Positions 56,226-64,000 of a DNA stretch of 64,000 nucleotides are shown one piece after another. The translations under genes were made by a program, and so were the position numbers. Position 1 is the first letter of the stretch. The number at the start of each line of letters is the position of its first letter. The notes under the pieces were generated by a model, which did no database searches, was not told the DNA's origin, and was given only the letters and a program-made list of their open reading frames with translations. Where the stretch lies: positions 1-64,000 of the IMG/VR virus record IMGVR_UViG_3300035670_000132; one strand, written 5' to 3'. The stretch comes from a virus.

Positions 56226-56663
56226 ATGACACTTGACCAGATCATTGAAGAGTGGAGAAAAGATTCTAGCATTGATTCCACTGAGTTAGGCAAAGAGTCA
56301 CTGAAGATTCCTCAACTTCATAGCAAATACATGAAGCTGTATTTTGAAGAACGGCAAAAGATGCGAGGTCACGAATTCAAGAAGAAAGAGATTGTTCTGA
56401 AGAAATACGAATATTTCAACGGAAGAATGTCTAGAGAAGAACTTGAAGATGCTGGTTGGGAGCCATTTGTCAAGAAGTTGATGAAGAATGAAGTTGATAT
56501 GTATATCGACTCAGACTCAGATATCATCAATATCAACATGCGTATTACTGCGCAATCAGAAAAGATTGATTTCTTAGAAGAAGTCTTGAAGAATCTCAAT
56601 CAAAGAAACTATCAAATACGCAACGCCATTGAATGGCAAAAATTCACAAATGGCGTCAACTGA
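56226..56663 (+). CDS. uvsY: recombination mediator UvsY
   Basis: W.KDS.ID...L..ESL.IP.LH.KY ... R.YQI.NAIEW.KF; SD GAGGT before ATG 56226. Confidence 0.9.
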   Translation: MTLDQIIEEWRKDSSIDSTELGKESLKIPQLHSKYMKLYFEERQKMRGHEFKKKEIVLKKYEYFNGRMSREELEDAGWEPFVKKLMKNEVDMYIDSDSDIININMRITAQSEKIDFLEEVLKNLNQRNYQIRNAIEWQKFTNGVN

Positions 56664-58110
56664 CATAGTAATTCAAAAAGTCAATGAAGTCTATATTAGA
56701 CTTCTATGCGACGCTGGGCTAGCAATGGAACTAAGTGAATTCTTTACGTTTTACATACCAAACTATAAATTTATGCCGGCATTCAAAAACAAAATTTGGG
56801 ACGGCAAGATTCGCTTGTTCAACACTCAGAACAGAACTCTCTACACTGGGCTAATGTCTTATGTTGAGAAGTTCTGTAAAGAGCGTGACTATACGTATGA
56901 ATGTGAAGATGAACTTTTAGTAGCTGATGAACTGTCACTTGATGAAGCGCAAACGTTCGTAGATACGCTAGGCATACCATTTCAACCTAGAGAGTATCAA
57001 CTAAAAGCATTCACACATGCTATCAGAAATAGACGTGGTTTGTTACTCTCACCAACAGCATCTGGAAAGTCACTGATCATCTACTTGATCACTCGATATG
57101 TTGAAAGTAAGACACTTATCATTGTTCCTACAATATCACTAGTAGCTCAGCTATTCAAAGACTTTGAAGACTATGGGTTTGATAGCAACGAAAATGTACA
57201 CAAAATCATTGCAGGAGCAACGAAGACTACTGATAAGCAAATTGTAATTTCAACATGGCAATCTATCTACAAGATGCCGCGCGAATGGTTTCAGCAATTC
57301 TCTCTCGTGATTGGTGACGAAGCACACTTATTCAAAGCTCAGTCACTCACATCAATTCTCGTCAATATGATTGACTGCAAATACAGATTCGGTCTCACCG
57401 GCACACTTGACGGCACACAGACACACAGATTAGTTCTCGAAGGCTTGTTCGGCAAAGTCAAGCAAATCACGACAACAAAAGACTTGATAGATGCTGGCAA
57501 TCTAGCAAAGTTCAAGATCAAAGCACTGTTGCTAAAATATGACGAAGATACGTGCAAGCATGTAAAATCTATGAAGTATCAAGACGAGATCGACTTTCTA
57601 GTCACACATCAAGCTCGGAACAAGTTCATCAAAAACTTAGCTCTCAGTCTCAAAGGCAACACACTTGTTCTGTTCCAACTAGTAGAAAAGCATGGCGAAG
57701 TTCTACATCGCATGATCAGTGAAGCTACGGCTGAAGATCGGCAAGTGTTCTTCATTCATGGTGGCGTAGACATTGACTCGCGAGAAGATGTGCGTCGCAT
57801 CACAGAAGAGGAAAAAGATGCTATAATTATAGCATCGTTTGGTACGTTTTCTACTGGAATAAATATCCGTAATCTACACAATGTGATTTTTGCTTCACCG
57901 AGCAAGAGCAAGATCAGAACCTTACAGTCTATTGGTCGTGGGCTAAGACTTGGCAAAGATAAAGAAATCGCTACGCTGTATGATATAGCGGACGATTTGA
58001 CTCATAAATCGCACAAGAACTTCACTCTTGATCACTTTATGGAACGTATGAAAATCTATAACGAAGAGAAGTTTGACTACAAGATTTACACAATCAATTT
58101 GAAGGGATAA
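56650..58110 (+). CDS. uvsW: SF2 DNA helicase UvsW
   Basis: WDGKIRLF, SPTASGKS, DEAH, GLTGT, QSIGRGLR. Confidence 0.95.
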   Translation: MASTDIVIQKVNEVYIRLLCDAGLAMELSEFFTFYIPNYKFMPAFKNKIWDGKIRLFNTQNRTLYTGLMSYVEKFCKERDYTYECEDELLVADELSLDEAQTFVDTLGIPFQPREYQLKAFTHAIRNRRGLLLSPTASGKSLIIYLITRYVESKTLIIVPTISLVAQLFKDFEDYGFDSNENVHKIIAGATKTTDKQIVISTWQSIYKMPREWFQQFSLVIGDEAHLFKAQSLTSILVNMIDCKYRFGLTGTLDGTQTHRLVLEGLFGKVKQITTTKDLIDAGNLAKFKIKALLLKYDEDTCKHVKSMKYQDEIDFLVTHQARNKFIKNLALSLKGNTLVLFQLVEKHGEVLHRMISEATAEDRQVFFIHGGVDIDSREDVRRITEEEKDAIIIASFGTFSTGINIRNLHNVIFASPSKSKIRTLQSIGRGLRLGKDKEIATLYDIADDLTHKSHKNFTLDHFMERMKIYNEEKFDYKIYTINLKG

Positions 58111-58114
58111 ATAT

Positions 58115-58525
58115 ATGCATCAACCAATAGATTCAAGTGAAGTTGAGAAAGCTATTGCAGTTCTCAAAGTATCAAGTGGTGAACACATTATCGCAGTAAT
58201 TCAAAATGAGACTAATAGTTTTTTAGATTTGATGCATCCATATCGAATTTGGACTTCAATGACTCAATCTGGTAATATCAGTATGACTATCGTCAAATGG
58301 GACATCTCTGTTGATGAGACTCATCCAATCAGAGTGTTCAAGTCTAATTTGATTTCTTGTGCTAAGCCAAACAATATTATGATATCAAACTACAAAGAAG
58401 CATTGACTAGTGTCTACGAAGAAGATGATGAAGAGTCTTCTACTGAAGAAGACTTAGATAAGATCGAATCAGCACTCAGTGAGATGATTCAACAATCATC
58501 TAAGAAAGATACTAAATTACACTAA
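58115..58525 (+). CDS. hypothetical protein between uvsW and gp55 (possibly Sm-like fold)
   Basis: LK..SGE.IIA....L..P pattern and acidic tail ending in LH; typical synteny. Confidence 0.6.
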   Translation: MHQPIDSSEVEKAIAVLKVSSGEHIIAVIQNETNSFLDLMHPYRIWTSMTQSGNISMTIVKWDISVDETHPIRVFKSNLISCAKPNNIMISNYKEALTSVYEEDDEESSTEEDLDKIESALSEMIQQSSKKDTKLH

Positions 58526-58548
58526 CCCTTTGAAGAGCCTACACAGCA

Positions 58549-58577
58549 ACTGTATCACTGTGTCAAGTCAAAGTCAA
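58549..58577 (-). promoter_or_regulatory. sigma70-type promoter on the minus strand upstream of gp55
   Basis: Minus strand TTGACT-N17-TACAGT with an extended -10 TG; near-copy of 2466-2494. Confidence 0.55.
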
Positions 58578-58602
58578 GCAAAACCATGAAGAAAGTGAAC
58601 AC

Positions 58603-59199
58603 ATGCCAGAATTAAAAGCAAAATCAAACCACTACGTAGACAATCAGACATTCCTAGCTCAGATGACTGAGTATAGAAAGACTGTCATTGAAGCAAAGGA
58701 AAAAGGCGTCGAGAAGCCTAGAGTTCCGAACTATATTGGTTTGTGTCTTTTCAAGATCGCAACACACTTGGCAAGAAAGCCCAACTTCGCAAACTACTCA
58801 TTCAAAGAGGACATGATCTCTGACGGAGTAGAAAACTGTCTCATGTATATTGACAACTTCAATCCAGAGCGATCAACGAATCCGTTTGCATATTTTACGC
58901 AGATCATCTACTATGCGTTCCTACGGCGCATTCAGAAAGAAAAAAAGCAGATGTATGTGAAGTACAAATCGATGGAAAACGAGATCGTCACAACATTGAC
59001 TGACTCAAACGCAGATGATATAATCACACAGAATATCAACGGAATGATTCACGATGCATATGCTGAAGAGTTCATCCGTGATTTCATTGAAGCGTTTGAA
59101 ACGAATGAACGTAAGAAGTCTTCTGGTAAGAAGAAAAAGGTTGGTCTAATCAAATTCATGGAGGATGATGATGCAACACCAATTCCAGCAGAAAGCTGA
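58603..59199 (+). CDS. gp55: late transcription sigma factor
   Basis: HYVDN..FL, YIG.C..KIA..L..KPNF.NY...DMISDG.ENC..Y..NF.P..S.NPFAYFTQI.YYAFLRRI.KEK. Confidence 0.95.
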   Translation: MPELKAKSNHYVDNQTFLAQMTEYRKTVIEAKEKGVEKPRVPNYIGLCLFKIATHLARKPNFANYSFKEDMISDGVENCLMYIDNFNPERSTNPFAYFTQIIYYAFLRRIQKEKKQMYVKYKSMENEIVTTLTDSNADDIITQNINGMIHDAYAEEFIRDFIEAFETNERKKSSGKKKKVGLIKFMEDDDATPIPAES

Positions 59200-59422
59200 A
59201 GAAGAGTCTGACATTGAAGTGAACACTCCTGTGCCGGTTCAACTTGAGAACTGGCTCAAAGTAGTAGCGAATAAGAAATCAAATTATGTGATGAAGAGTA
59301 ACGCTATTATGCATTTGACAAACATCAGGAATTTGATTGATTATACACTTGGTCATGAAAGGAAAAGCAATGAAACTATGTCTTCTCGGCGACACTCACT
59401 TCGGAGCGAGAAACGATTCTAA
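59165..59422 (+). CDS. hypothetical protein overlapping gp55 and gp47
   Basis: Fills the 170-bp gap; SD-like GGAGG near tandem ATGs; start uncertain. Confidence 0.5.
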   Translation: MMMQHQFQQKAEEESDIEVNTPVPVQLENWLKVVANKKSNYVMKSNAIMHLTNIRNLIDYTLGHERKSNETMSSRRHSLRSEKRF

Positions 59423-60437
59423 GCACTTTCATGAATACTTTGAAGAGTTCTATTGCACACTATTTGATTTCTTAATCAAAGAAGACGTAAAGCACATTAT
59501 TCAGCTAGGTGATCTATTTGATCGGCGCAAGTATGTCAACTTCTATACTCTAGCTGAGTCTAAGCGATATTTCTTTGATAAACTCAAAGAGTTCAATATT
59601 GAACTACATGCACTGATTGGCAATCACGACATCTTCTGGAAACACAGTCTAGACGTAAACTCACCTGAGCTTTTGCTGACGTCATATGACAATGTGCATA
59701 TTTACAATAAAGCGCAAACTATTCATTTTGATGGGTTAGCGATTGATGTGATTCCTTGGATGTGTAATGACAATACTGAAGAGATCATGAAGTTTGTTGA
59801 GAAGTCTGTCTCACCAATCTGTGTTGGTCATTTTGAACTAGTTGGTTTTCCTATGATGAAGGGTGTAGAAAGTCATGAAGGTGTTGAGTCTAAATTTCTT
59901 GATCGATATGATCACGTTTATAGTGGGCACTATCACACTCGCTCTACTATTGGCAATGTCACGTATACCGGCACACCCTATGAGCTTGTTTGGAGTGACT
60001 ATAAAGACGCAAAGGGTGTCTATCTTCTAGATACGCAGACGATGAAGGCTGAGTTCATTCAAAACAATAACCGGATGTTCTTCAAATTGCTGTATGATGA
60101 CTCAAAGTCATCTATGGAAGATGTTCTGAAAACAGACTATAGCAGATTCAAAGACAAGTATGTAAAGATCGTTGTGCTGAATAAACAGAATCCATATATG
60201 TTTGACAAGATGCTTGATGAGATTTTCAAAGTTTCGCCGATCGATGTTTCAATCGTTGAAGATTTTACTGAGTTGAACACTAGCGGTGAAGACGTTGACG
60301 TCGATCAAGCTGAAGACACATTGACATCACTATATAATTTTATTGATCAACAATCACTTCAAGTAGAGTCTCCTAGACTGAAGAATATTATGCATGAGTT
60401 ATACTTGGAAGCATTGTCATCGGAGAACGTTGAATGA
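59370..60437 (+). CDS. gp47: recombination endonuclease subunit (Mre11/SbcD-like)
   Basis: GDTHFG, GDLFD.R, GNHD, GH.E, SGHYH metallophosphoesterase motifs. Confidence 0.95.
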   Translation: MKLCLLGDTHFGARNDSKHFHEYFEEFYCTLFDFLIKEDVKHIIQLGDLFDRRKYVNFYTLAESKRYFFDKLKEFNIELHALIGNHDIFWKHSLDVNSPELLLTSYDNVHIYNKAQTIHFDGLAIDVIPWMCNDNTEEIMKFVEKSVSPICVGHFELVGFPMMKGVESHEGVESKFLDRYDHVYSGHYHTRSTIGNVTYTGTPYELVWSDYKDAKGVYLLDTQTMKAEFIQNNNRMFFKLLYDDSKSSMEDVLKTDYSRFKDKYVKIVVLNKQNPYMFDKMLDEIFKVSPIDVSIVEDFTELNTSGEDVDVDQAEDTLTSLYNFIDQQSLQVESPRLKNIMHELYLEALSSENVE

Positions 60438-62146
60438 TTTTGTTTAAAACTGTTAAATGGCGCAATTTTCTATCAACAGGAAACGTCTTCACTGAGATGA
60501 ATCTGTCTGATGAGTCTGCGACACTTGTTGTCGGATCAAATGGATCTGGCAAGTCTACTATGCTTGACGCAATCTGTTTTGGTCTGTTTGGCAAGCCATT
60601 TCGTAATGTGAATAAACCACAACTCCTGAACTCGATCAATCAGAAAGACTGCATTGTTGAAGTTGAGTTTGATATTGGCAATAAGTCATATCGTGTTGTG
60701 CGTGGCATCAAACCAAACATATTTGAAATATATTGCAACGGAGCATTGTTGTCACAGAACGCAGCAACGAAGGACTATCAAGAGCAACTAGAGAAGTTCA
60801 TTCTCAAACTGAACTTCAAGTCATTCACTCAGATTGTTATTCTTGGTTCAGCATCGTTCACGCCGTTCATGCAGTTGACTGCTAACGACAGGCGTATGAT
60901 CATTGAAGATTTGCTAGACATTCAGATTTTCTCTAGAATGAATAGTGTTCTGAAAGAAAAATACGCTAAGCTGAAAGATGATCTAGCTGAAGCTAAAAGA
61001 AAGCATGAGTCTGCTAAAGACAAGCATGATATTCTTGTTGAGCATATTGCAAAGCTAGTCAAAGGCAACAAAGACAGAATTCAACAAAAGAAAGATGTTC
61101 TGCAAAAAGAAACTGCATTGATTGCATCATATGAGTTGCAGATTGAAACGCTGAGTGCTGAGATCGATGTGCTGAGAGACAAAACGAAGGAGCAGAGTTC
61201 TATCAAGAATAAGCTCCAACGATATGACAATCTTGAAGCTAATTTAAACAAGACGCTAAAGAAAGTGTCTGATGATCTCACGTTGTATAATGAGACTGAA
61301 GAGTGTCCGGTGTGTAAGCAAGGCATTCCGCATGAACACAAAAAAGTTTTGATCAGCGAAAGAGAATCTAAGCTAAAAGATGTGGAAAATGCAATCAATG
61401 ACTTGAACAAGAAGTATAACGATGAATTTGACAGGCTAAAAGAGATCAATCGTCTTTTGACAAAGATAGACGAAAAGTCAAAAGAATGCACTAATCTTTC
61501 CAGAAATCTTGCTGCATCATACAAGTACATCAGTTCTCTACAAGATGAGATTGATGAAATGCAAAAGCCACAAGAAGACATCACAGAGATTGAGACTAAA
61601 GTTGATGACTTGCGCCACGAGATGAATGTTGCTATAATGAGTGAAAAGTCATTGACTGGCGATAAGCACTATCTTGATGTTGCGACGAATCTGCTGAAAG
61701 ACACTGGCATCAAAACAAAAATCGTCAGACAGTATATTCCAGTGATCAATAAGTTTGTGAACAAGTATCTTTCAGCGATGGATTTCTTCGTCAACTTCAC
61801 GCTCGATGAATCATTCAAAGAGACAATCAAATCAAGACATCGCGATGACTTTTCTTATGGTTCATTTTCTGAAGGCGAGAAGCAACGAATTGACATGGCC
61901 CTTCTACTGACTTGGAGAGCAGTCGCTAAGCTGAAGAATTCATCAAATACGAATTTGCTGATTCTAGATGAAGTGTTTGACTCAAGCCTAGATACTAACG
62001 GAACTGAAGACTTGATGAAAATTCTTGGCTTACTAGAAAGCACGAATCTATTTGTCATCTCGCATAAGGGTGACATCTTACAAGACAGATTCAGAAACGT
62101 GATTAGATTTGAAAAGGTAAATAATTTCTCAAGGATGGTAAAATGA
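60434..62146 (+). CDS. gp46: recombination ATPase subunit (Rad50/SbcC-like)
   Basis: Walker A GSNGSGKST, zinc hook CPVC, signature FSEGEK, Walker B LILDE. Confidence 0.96.
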   Translation: MILFKTVKWRNFLSTGNVFTEMNLSDESATLVVGSNGSGKSTMLDAICFGLFGKPFRNVNKPQLLNSINQKDCIVEVEFDIGNKSYRVVRGIKPNIFEIYCNGALLSQNAATKDYQEQLEKFILKLNFKSFTQIVILGSASFTPFMQLTANDRRMIIEDLLDIQIFSRMNSVLKEKYAKLKDDLAEAKRKHESAKDKHDILVEHIAKLVKGNKDRIQQKKDVLQKETALIASYELQIETLSAEIDVLRDKTKEQSSIKNKLQRYDNLEANLNKTLKKVSDDLTLYNETEECPVCKQGIPHEHKKVLISERESKLKDVENAINDLNKKYNDEFDRLKEINRLLTKIDEKSKECTNLSRNLAASYKYISSLQDEIDEMQKPQEDITEIETKVDDLRHEMNVAIMSEKSLTGDKHYLDVATNLLKDTGIKTKIVRQYIPVINKFVNKYLSAMDFFVNFTLDESFKETIKSRHRDDFSYGSFSEGEKQRIDMALLLTWRAVAKLKNSSNTNLLILDEVFDSSLDTNGTEDLMKILGLLESTNLFVISHKGDILQDRFRNVIRFEKVNNFSRMVK

Positions 62147-62670
62147 ATGATTTGATTTTAGTGCCAGAAACGAATGATATTCTGAAACGAACTACTGTGC
62201 CGTTTGATTTTCAGAATCCGCCGATTGATCCTAGAGTTCTCTCTGCGCAGCTACATGAATGCATGGTGAAGAACAAGGGTCTTGGTCTGTCTGCACCGCA
62301 AGTCGGTTTGCACTATAAAGTCTTCGCTATTCGTGTGAGCGATACGGATCCATTTGTGATGTTCAATCCAAAGATCGTCAACGTGTCCGACAAAGAAGTG
62401 AGCATGAAAGAAGGCTGTCTTAGTTTTCCTTTGTTGTTCATGAACGTGAAGAGACCCGACTCAGTGCGAATTCGATATCAAAACTGGAACGGTGAAACGG
62501 AGACGAAGCAATTCATTGGAATGACTGCACGAATTGTTCTCCATGAAATGGATCACATGGACGGCATCACGTTTCTGAATCGCGCATCATCGTTTGAGCT
62601 ACAGAGAGCTACACGTAAGCGCGGCATTCTGAAGCGTAAGACTACAGCGAAACAAAAAACGACAAACTGA
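62143..62670 (+). CDS. def: peptide deformylase
   Basis: GLGLSAPQVG, EGCLS, HEMDH motifs. Confidence 0.93.
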   Translation: MNDLILVPETNDILKRTTVPFDFQNPPIDPRVLSAQLHECMVKNKGLGLSAPQVGLHYKVFAIRVSDTDPFVMFNPKIVNVSDKEVSMKEGCLSFPLLFMNVKRPDSVRIRYQNWNGETETKQFIGMTARIVLHEMDHMDGITFLNRASSFELQRATRKRGILKRKTTAKQKTTN

Positions 62671-62679
62671 TTCGCTACA

Positions 62680-63162
62680 ATGAAACAGAAGCATATAGAC
62701 GCATTCATGAAGACTGCTGAGGTCTTTGCCGACTTGAGCACTGCGAAACGCAAGAAAGTTGGTGCGATTATCGTCAAAGACAATCGCATCATCTCTATCG
62801 GCTACAATGGCACACCTAGCGGATGGGACAACAACTGCGAAGACAAGATTTATACTTCGCCGTGGCAATCTGAATTCGATGACATCGAGAACGAGACGTA
62901 TACGCTGAAGACAAAGCCAGAAGTAATACATGCAGAACAAAATTGTTTGGCGAAATTAGCCAAGTCAACTGAGAGCGGAGACGGAAGTTCCATGTTTGTG
63001 ACTTGCGCTCCATGCATGGAGTGTGCTAAAATGATCGCTCAGTCTGGAATAAAAAACGTCTACTATCGTGAAGCGTATCGCTCAACTGACGGTGTAGATT
63101 TCCTACATAAGTGTAATGTACATGTTGAAAAGGTGACTATCGATGGCAACAAAACAGAGTAA
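62680..63162 (+). CDS. cd: dCMP deaminase
   Basis: VGA.IVKD.RIIS.GYNG.P.G, HAE, PC..C zinc motifs. Confidence 0.92.
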   Translation: MKQKHIDAFMKTAEVFADLSTAKRKKVGAIIVKDNRIISIGYNGTPSGWDNNCEDKIYTSPWQSEFDDIENETYTLKTKPEVIHAEQNCLAKLAKSTESGDGSSMFVTCAPCMECAKMIAQSGIKNVYYREAYRSTDGVDFLHKCNVHVEKVTIDGNKTE

Positions 63163-63514
63163 GAACAAAGTTCTCACTGAAGAGTCTACGAAGTATGAGA
63201 GTCTGATTGGATACAAAGAAAAGACTGGCGAACCAGCTTCAGTTCTAGACTTTATGGATCTAGATGAGTCTGAGCGACTTTCTGCTGAACAGCGAGACGA
63301 TGTTGAGTGGAAAAAGCATTGGGTTGGCATGCCAGAGTTTGTGCAAGAAGACAATCCAGCATACAAAAAACTGATTGTGTCTTTTCGTAATAAAGAAGAT
63401 TATGAGGAGTTTGCAAAACTCATTGGTCAGCCGTTGACTGAGAAAACAAAGACCATCTGGCATCCAAGGCTAGATCGCGAAGCTAACTCTCTTCTACGAT
63501 GGGTAGTTGAATGA
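63143..63514 (+). CDS. phage hypothetical protein
   Basis: W.GMPEF.QE....K...V.F....D..EFA.LIGQ.LT.KTK.IW.P motif. Confidence 0.65.
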   Translation: MATKQSKNKVLTEESTKYESLIGYKEKTGEPASVLDFMDLDESERLSAEQRDDVEWKKHWVGMPEFVQEDNPAYKKLIVSFRNKEDYEEFAKLIGQPLTEKTKTIWHPRLDREANSLLRWVVE

Positions 63515-64000
63515 ATCTTTTGACAGACAAAAAGTGGAATCTATTCGAAGAGTTTTTGTCTGACTATTCTTCTCTGTTCGACATCGATAAGAATAAGTCA
63601 AAAGAGCTTCTAAGAAGCGGTGAATTGTTTACTCGATTGACTGACTTTTGGTACGAAAAGCTGCACCAAAACGATCTAAATTCTGCATATAAAGTGTATG
63701 ATGACGAATACTATTTCGTTGACATTTTCAATTGCTATGTCACTTACAGTCGTGAATACATCAAGAGAATTCTAAAGAGTAAAGCATATGACGATCTCAA
63801 ATCAATCGAATCATATGTTGACATTGGATGCGGCTTGAGCTATAGTACGTGTGCATTGAAGCAAATTTTTCCTAACGCTAAAGCGTATGCGATAAACATC
63901 AAAGACACTAAGCAATGGAAATTCTGCGAGATGATGGGCAAGCGATATGATTTCACTTTGCTAGAATCTGTTGATGATATCAAGCATGACGTTGATCTTG
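63511..64000 (+). CDS. class I SAM-dependent methyltransferase, truncated by window end
   Basis: ATGA overlap at 63511; frame open to 64000; motif I YVDIGCGLSYST. Absent from the ORF track because it has no stop. Confidence 0.7.
   Translation, partial: MNLLTDKKWNLFEEFLSDYSSLFDIDKNKSKELLRSGELFTRLTDFWYEKLHQNDLNSAYKVYDDEYYFVDIFNCYVTYSREYIKRILKSKAYDDLKSIESYVDIGCGLSYSTCALKQIFPNAKAYAINIKDTKQWKFCEMMGKRYDFTLLESVDDIKHDVDL

Noticed and set aside
1-64000. Alternative genetic code or stop-codon recoding
   Set aside because: Core genes are full length under the standard code, and TAA, TGA and TAG all serve as stops.

Overview
A 64-kb piece of a T4-like myophage genome with every credible gene on the + strand. 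It holds most of the late morphogenesis region: baseplate gp5, gp25, gp6, gp7, gp8, a DUF4815-type giant protein, tail fibres, a lectin-gene array, neck gp13-15, terminase gp16/17, sheath gp18, two tube (gp19) genes, portal gp20, an 8.5-kb accessory insert, prohead genes, gp21/22/23 and gp3. It then enters the replication/recombination block: uvsY, uvsW, gp55, gp47/46, peptide deformylase, dCMP deaminase and a truncated SAM methyltransferase. TATAAATA late promoters and one consensus sigma70 promoter are visible. Most notable observations: (1) gp5 has no lysozyme and no adjacent PAAR gene, but ends in PPAPPPPRRGGGG|C followed by a Hint domain lacking the terminal His-Asn, so it may self-cleave or ligate something to the spike tip. 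(2) Candidate modifying enzymes (SPOUT methyltransferase, 2OG-Fe(II)-like oxygenase, tail-anchored papain-like protease) are embedded in structural operons. (3) RNA switches with a late promoter in a hairpin loop occur, including a three-hairpin attenuator before the portal gene. (4) Two near-identical antisense sigma70 promoter elements lie 56 kb apart, one just upstream of gp55. (5) TTAA (and GTAC) is strongly avoided except in swapped receptor-binding modules. All family calls come from motif recognition by eye; no searches were run.
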